Origin: Eledone cirrhosa
Taxonomy: Eukaryota
DNA: 64,000 bases
Direction: 5' to 3'
Assembly: GCA_964016885.1 (NCBI GenBank)
Contig: OZ024740.1
Span: forward strand, 207,886,001-207,950,000
Shown piece after piece: positions 55,585 through 64,000 of the stretch. Under the pieces are notes generated by a model. The model saw only the letters and a list, made by a program, of their open reading frames with translations. It was not told where the DNA came from and made no database searches. The stretch's first letter is position 1, and the number at the start of each line of letters is the position of its first letter. Made by a program: the position numbers and the translations under genes.

Positions 55585-56243
55585 AAATAAACATATGAAA
55601 CAATCACAGGGAATATTTTGAAAAAGTGTGTAAGCACACATAGCTAGGTAGGTAACTAATTAAAGTTTAACTAGAACTTCAAAAATAGATACCTTATAAA
55701 TTGATTAATCTTCCTTGTATATATTTCATTAAAGAAATATATTTCACCATTAATCGATCGGTAAACCAGAGTAGCCCAACACGGATTTTCAACAAAGGAG
55801 AAGATCTAACTATCTGTGTTTACACAGCAAATCCAAATCTGCGAATGACTAGTAGCACGTGTTGCATTTTTTAAAAAATACACACATCGTATCATCTTCA
55901 TCCCACTGGCGTGAATAGGGTTATCGACAACTAGAGATAGCAGCCGAGTCCTTTCAACTGAGTTAGCTCTACAATTAAGGGGCCGTGTATATATCCAAAA
56001 TTAAATTAAGGGTGTCATGTCAGAGAGACATGTGCCATATCCACTGTAGAATATGCTCCAAGATTCCAATGAATAGATCCGAGCATTTTATATCAACTAG
56101 AAATAGATTGACATATATATATCTAAAATAAACATATGAAACAATCACAGGGAATAATTTGTAAAGTGTGTAAGCACACACAGCTAGGTAGGTAACTAAT
56201 TAAAGTTTAACTAGAACTTCAAATATAGATACCTTATAAATTG

Positions 56244-56247
<4 letters not shown>
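55585..56247. repeat. ~120-bp direct repeats (55585-55707 and 56126-56247)
   Basis: AAATAAACATATGAAACAATCACAGGG...TAGATACCTTATAAATTGATTA occurs twice. Confidence 0.85.
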
Positions 56248-56287
<40 letters not shown>

Positions 56288-56898
56288 CGTATGTCTGTAT
56301 ATATATATATATGTATATATTGACACACACACACAGAAATATATACATACATTTGTGAGTATGTGTGTATGCATATGTATGCACACACATACCCACATAT
56401 GTATATTTATATATATTCGTGCCTGTGTATATATATATATACATGTGTGTGTGCGTGTATGTGTGTGTGTGTGCGTGCATGTGTGCGTGTATGTGGCTCT
56501 GCTTTTGTGTGTGTATATATATATATATCTATTTCTATAGATATATCCTTATCATCGAGGCTTCTTCAAATTTTGGTCTTTGTATTTATTATTTATATAT
56601 ATATATATATCAATAACGTCTTTCCTCACGTGCATCATACCAGCGTATTTTCCAATCTTTTATGCTGCCTGGACTCATCATTCTGGTATTTTATCCACAC
56701 ACCTGACATACGAGGAAGTTAGATGATTTTGTTCATTCGTCCCACTTATTTCCATTTGTCTTTCTCTCTACAACCTTGCTATTTACTTCTACTGTCACGC
56801 CAAGCACTCCTTCGATTGTGATTAACGATTAACTATCTCTGTAAATACCAGCATAACAACTCTCTCCCTCTCTCCCTCATTCTCTCTCTCTCTATCTC

Positions 56899-56950
<52 letters not shown>

Positions 56951-56968
56951 ATATATATATATAAATAA

Positions 56969-57031
<63 letters not shown>

Positions 57032-57039
57032 AGGGTGTG

Positions 57040-57082
<43 letters not shown>

Positions 57083-57086
57083 ATAA

Positions 57087-57118
<32 letters not shown>

Positions 57119-57157
57119 ATATACATGTATGTGTATATATACATATATATATACATG

Positions 57158-57209
<52 letters not shown>

Positions 57210-57213
<4 letters not shown>

Positions 57214-57343
57214 AACAAGTATGACCCCGACGGCAGAGCTCAAGCCCATTTCGACGGCTAATTCTGGACTAATTATTCTGGACTAATTTAGTTCAGAATT
57301 AGCCGTCGAAACGGCCTGGTTCCTTACTACATTTCCTTCTTCG

Positions 57344-57345
<2 letters not shown>
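57210..57345 (+). mobile_element. Palindromic hammerhead-foldback element, copy C (internal deletion)
   Basis: GACGGCTAATTCTG...CAGAATTAGCCGTC-GAAACGGC, then a jump to CTGGTTCC. Confidence 0.8.
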
Positions 57346-57377
<32 letters not shown>

Positions 57378-58878
57378 TTGGGTAGGGTCATATTGTTGTA
57401 ATAATATTACCAGAAATAATAACCGAACACACTCACTGTTTGGTTGGTTTTCGCTTCTGCATCTTTTATATCTCCATAGTTAATTTATTTGGAAATCAAT
57501 GTTTATCATTGACTGACCAATGGTTAAAAATACAGATATAAAAATATATATAGTCTAACAAAGTTCTTTCGTTGCACATCTGCAACATCATCAGTGGTAC
57601 TATTATCATGTTTCCGCCTATTGAGTTGTATTGTAATGTTCACGCCATTTTTATTTTATTTATTTATTTATTTATTTATTTATTCATTTATTTGTTTATT
57701 TATGTTTCTGTCTCTGCGCATGCGTTTGCGTGTGCGTATAATGTTTGGTGTGTGTGTTCGCGTTTGAGTGTATGTGGTTTGGTTTTTGTATTCTATCTTT
57801 GTTCACTAGTGTGTGTTTATATGTGTTTGTTGTTATTGTACTTGTGTATATATCTATTTATTTATTTATATTTCTCTTAAGTCAGTATTGTTTGTTTGGG
57901 TATGGTTGTTGTTGTTATTCCATTCATTTTTCTGTTTAACTTTGGTTTTCTAAGATCTATTTCGCTCGCTTCTCTGATTTGCCTAACTGTTGGGTAATTT
58001 CCACCCTTAGATATTATTTTCATTTCTATGTTGTCTATGTTACCGTCATGTTTTTGTCTGGCGTGTTTGTATAGTACTGAACCGCTTTTTTTTTTGTTTT
58101 GTCCTTTTAATTTCCACAATGTTTGTTCTATTCTTTCTCCTATGCTTCAAGCTGTCTCACCTATGTATGTTGTTGTCATGTTTCTGCAAGTACCCTCTGT
58201 ACAGCTTATGCTAGAGACTACATTTCTAGTTTTACAGTTTATCTGGGGATTCACTTTACATATAACACATTTCTTATTAGTACAGTGGGTTCTCTTAAAG
58301 GGGTATGTTTTGCTGCTCAGGGATTTTATGGTAGTTTCTGGTTTTTCTACCACTTTAATCTTTAAGTGGGTCTTTCTTAGGACCCTTCTACATTGGTAAA
58401 TAATTTCCCCCAGGGGTAGCATCCACGAACATGACACTCTGGTATCTCTGTGTGTCGTACCATGAGGTGGCTTTCCCTATCTTATGTTTAGTCCTATCTA
58501 AGCTATTCCATGATTTGCTCCGGTAGAATGGGCAAATTCCCTTCATGTCCATTTCTATGAGGGTCTTATACTTCTCCGTGGCTCCTTTGTATACTCTGAT
58601 TCTGTCTCTTTGATTGTAGCCAGAGAACTGCATGCGGTTGATGAAGTGTTGGATGTGTCTTTCCATTTCTGTTGGGTCGCACATGCAGGACACGTTCTTC
58701 ATCACTCGTACACAGTCTGCGATCAGAATATTAAACCCATGGCCTCCAAATACCTGATACTCAAAAAAACTCAGAAATGTCCAGTAGTGGTAATTTTAAT
58801 ATTCTGATCGCAGACTTGGTACGAGTGATGATGAACGTGTCCCGCATGTGCGACCCAACAGAAATGGAAAGACACAGA
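57378..58878 (-). mobile_element. Penelope-like element (RT C-terminus, Cys linker, GIY-YIG, pLTR) with 5' inversion
   Basis: RHIQHFINRMQFSGY; CTNKKCVICK..CKTRNVV..ISC..YIGETA; RQIREASEI..PKLN. Bases 58655-58733 are inverted at 58796-58876. Confidence 0.92.
57557..57598 (-). ncRNA. Type-I hammerhead ribozyme (weak stem I)
   Basis: CTGATGA-T-GTTGCA-GATG-TGCAAC-GAAAGAACTT. Confidence 0.6.
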
Positions 58879-59124
58879 CAAAGATTAAAAAATTAAAAGA
58901 TAATTTTTTTTTTTTTTTTTTTTTTAATTTCATAATTTCGCATTTTCAGATTCTTGTAGAATTCTTTTTTCGCCTGGTTTCTAGCTAGCCTAATTCAGCG
59001 ACACTCCTTCTTCACTAAATATGCATATATATATATATGTGTGTGTGTATGTATGTATATATATATATATATATATAAATGAAAGGTATAGAAAATATTG
59101 TAGCAAAAAAACCAACAGTATTCC

Positions 59125-59194
<70 letters not shown>

Positions 59195-59196
<2 letters not shown>

Positions 59197-59397
59197 GGAA
59201 AGATAAGGACCCCGACGGCTGAGCTCAAGCCGTTTCGACGGCTAATTCTGGACTAATACTAGTCCAGAATTAGCCGTCGAAACGGCTTGAGCTCAGCCGT
59301 CGGGGTCCGACTCGTTCCTATTGCCCACTCTACTACCCTAAGTATTGAGTACTTTGGTGCGTTATGGTCCACCTGGTTCCTTACCATATTTCCTTCG

Positions 59398-59399
<2 letters not shown>
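59195..59399 (+). mobile_element. Palindromic hammerhead-foldback element, copy D
   Basis: Palindrome centred on GGACTA-ATAC-TAGTCC, with the full 3' tail running to (TA)n. Confidence 0.85.
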
Positions 59400-61998
<2,599 letters not shown>

Positions 61999-62260
61999 CA
62001 TATACATATATGTATATATATATGTATATATGTATATGTATATATATATAAACGGAAAAAATGAAACGAAATTTCATTTCCCACTCTTAGTACGGCTGTT
62101 ACTTAAATATAAGTATGTACACGTACATACATATATGTATACAGACGTACAGTAGTATGTATATTTATATACATACATGCACACATATATATATGTACGT
62201 ATGGATTCACCGAACATTTATTATAATGCTCGGTGTGTTTGTAAACAAACATATATATAT

Positions 62261-62340
<80 letters not shown>

Positions 62341-62384
62341 AGAGAGAGATTACTGAATCGGATTGTACCAGTGTCTATATAATA

Positions 62385-62556
62385 ATTATTTCTACTTTTG
62401 GCACAAGACCACCAATTATCCCAGTGTATTACTGGTACTTTATTTTATCGACCCCGTAAGGATGAAAGGCAAAGTTAAGCTCTGCGGGATTTGAAATCAG
62501 ACCATAAAGGGTCGTAATTCTTTGCTGCAAAGCATGACGTCCGACCCTGTACCGAT
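62385..62556 (-). mobile_element. SINE copy
   Basis: Reverse-complement core and head. Confidence 0.85.
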
Positions 62557-62751
62557 AATAAAAAATGAACTCAATAATTCAAATCAAGTTATATATCTTA
62601 TATGTATAATACATACTTTATATTTTCTACACGGGTAGATATGCGGATATAAAACACAGACCACTAAAAATAGCTGTAAAGCCATACCTAGAAATAGCTA
62701 TCATCCAGGATATTTAAACCAAATCAAGTGGTTTCACATTTTCCCTCTTAC

Positions 62752-62790
62752 GTATTGAATCACGGAAAACATTTGATTGTCCTCATCCGG
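62752..62790 (-). CDS. Candidate 39-nt exon containing a possible start codon (ATG 62772-62770; MFSVIQY)
   Basis: tttgtctttgttacag|CCGGATGAGGACAATCAAATGTTTTCCGTGATTCAATAC|gtaaga. Only phase 0 is open throughout. Confidence 0.35.
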
Positions 62791-63119
62791 CTGTAACAAA
62801 GACAAATCATTTAATCACAGCTGCGGCGTGGCGAGTAATTTACATGACGCAATATCATATCTCTAGTATCTCTAGTAAGTCTCAGTTTCCACAAATTACA
62901 CATATCACCACAAGATACCTCTGAACATGACATAATACTTTTTTTATTGGAGAACGTAAGAAGTTTTTAATATATTCTATAATCCTTATTTTTACTTAAC
63001 AATTTTACAGAAATAGAGAAGAAGATTTAAAAGAAAATATAATTTTTCGATATTAAAATTAAATGATAGTATTGTCTCCTCCTGGCAACCAATATTTTTA
63101 GACTAAGTCCGCCAATGCA

Positions 63120-63630
63120 TACATACATGATGGCTGCAAACTTTGCTAAGAGTAATACAATCGCTTGTCAGATTATAGAGTTTGGTGTACTTTTAGGCAA
63201 CGGCCAGCCACACAAACCTGTAACATATCCTGAACAAGCAATGCCTGTACTTTGAAGGTTTTGGGGGTGGGCAAAGCCTTGCATCGAAAACACTACCCGA
63301 AAAGGAGAACTGGTCAACATCATCGGATGCTTCCGAAGCCGCAAGTTATTTTTTTTTTTTTAAGAGTTTCCCTCTCCTAGAAAGGTGTTGCGATAACAAC
63401 TGGGGGCCTTTCACTCCCAGGTGAACAGTAAAGTACTATTTGGATGGCCGTTGACTCTACTGAGTTCCTCCGCCCTTTGCCGGGTCTTGTATTTCTTCCC
63501 GCAGGGTGTCCAAATATCACCCTCTTCAACCAGCTAGCTTGGTGGGGTTGCCGGTTTAGTCGCCGACGACCCGATCATGTGACAGGCTGTACTGGGTTAC
63601 ATGTTACAAGTAGCTCTCGTGAGGCACCTG
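63120..63630 (-). mobile_element. RTE-tailed non-autonomous family, copy 3
   Basis: Reverse complement of 1366-1890. Ends GCAGCCATC-(ATGT)n. Confidence 0.8.
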
Positions 63631-63639
63631 ACATAAACG

Positions 63640-63654
63640 TACATACATACATAC

Positions 63655-63685
<31 letters not shown>

Positions 63686-63730
63686 CATACATACATACAT
63701 ACATACATACATACATACATACATACATAC

Positions 63731-63761
<31 letters not shown>

Positions 63762-63832
63762 CTTACATACATACATACATTAGAGAAAGAGAAAACATAC
63801 ATACATACATACATACTTACATACATACATAC

Positions 63833-63863
<31 letters not shown>

Positions 63864-63876
63864 CATACATACATAC

Positions 63877-63907
<31 letters not shown>

Positions 63908-63928
63908 CATACATACATACATACATAC

Positions 63929-63959
<31 letters not shown>

Positions 63960-64000
63960 CATACATACATACATACATACATACATACATACTTACATAC
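63640..64000. repeat. (TACA)n microsatellite
   Basis: Direct inspection. Confidence 0.98.

Overview
AT-rich, repeat-saturated animal genomic DNA, most likely a coleoid cephalopod (octopus). That assignment is inferred from the SINE families and the extreme (TA)n/(CA)n/(TACA)n load. Nearly all ORFs in the supplied track are microsatellite artefacts. Recognisable content: (1) about 20 remnants of several Penelope-like retroelement (PLE) families (GIY-YIG and RT fragments, pLTRs), mostly embedded in (TA)n, carrying type-I hammerhead ribozymes (HHRs) with palindromic stem III, some with very long stem II. (2) Many long fold-back palindromes whose axis or junction falls in or next to the hammerhead, with copy-specific arm variants suggesting de novo snap-back at each insertion. 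(3) RTE-like, CRE-like and L1/Tx1-like LINE fragments, one with a twin-priming 5' inversion. (4) Two tRNA-derived SINE families and an RTE-tailed non-autonomous family. (5) Two non-autonomous Helitron families, a Tc1/pogo-type MITE and a decayed hATm-like transposase. (6) Mini- and microsatellites. A tentative minus-strand host gene made of micro-exons, with a signal-peptide-like N-terminus, may span the window. It rests only on splice signals and phase compatibility.
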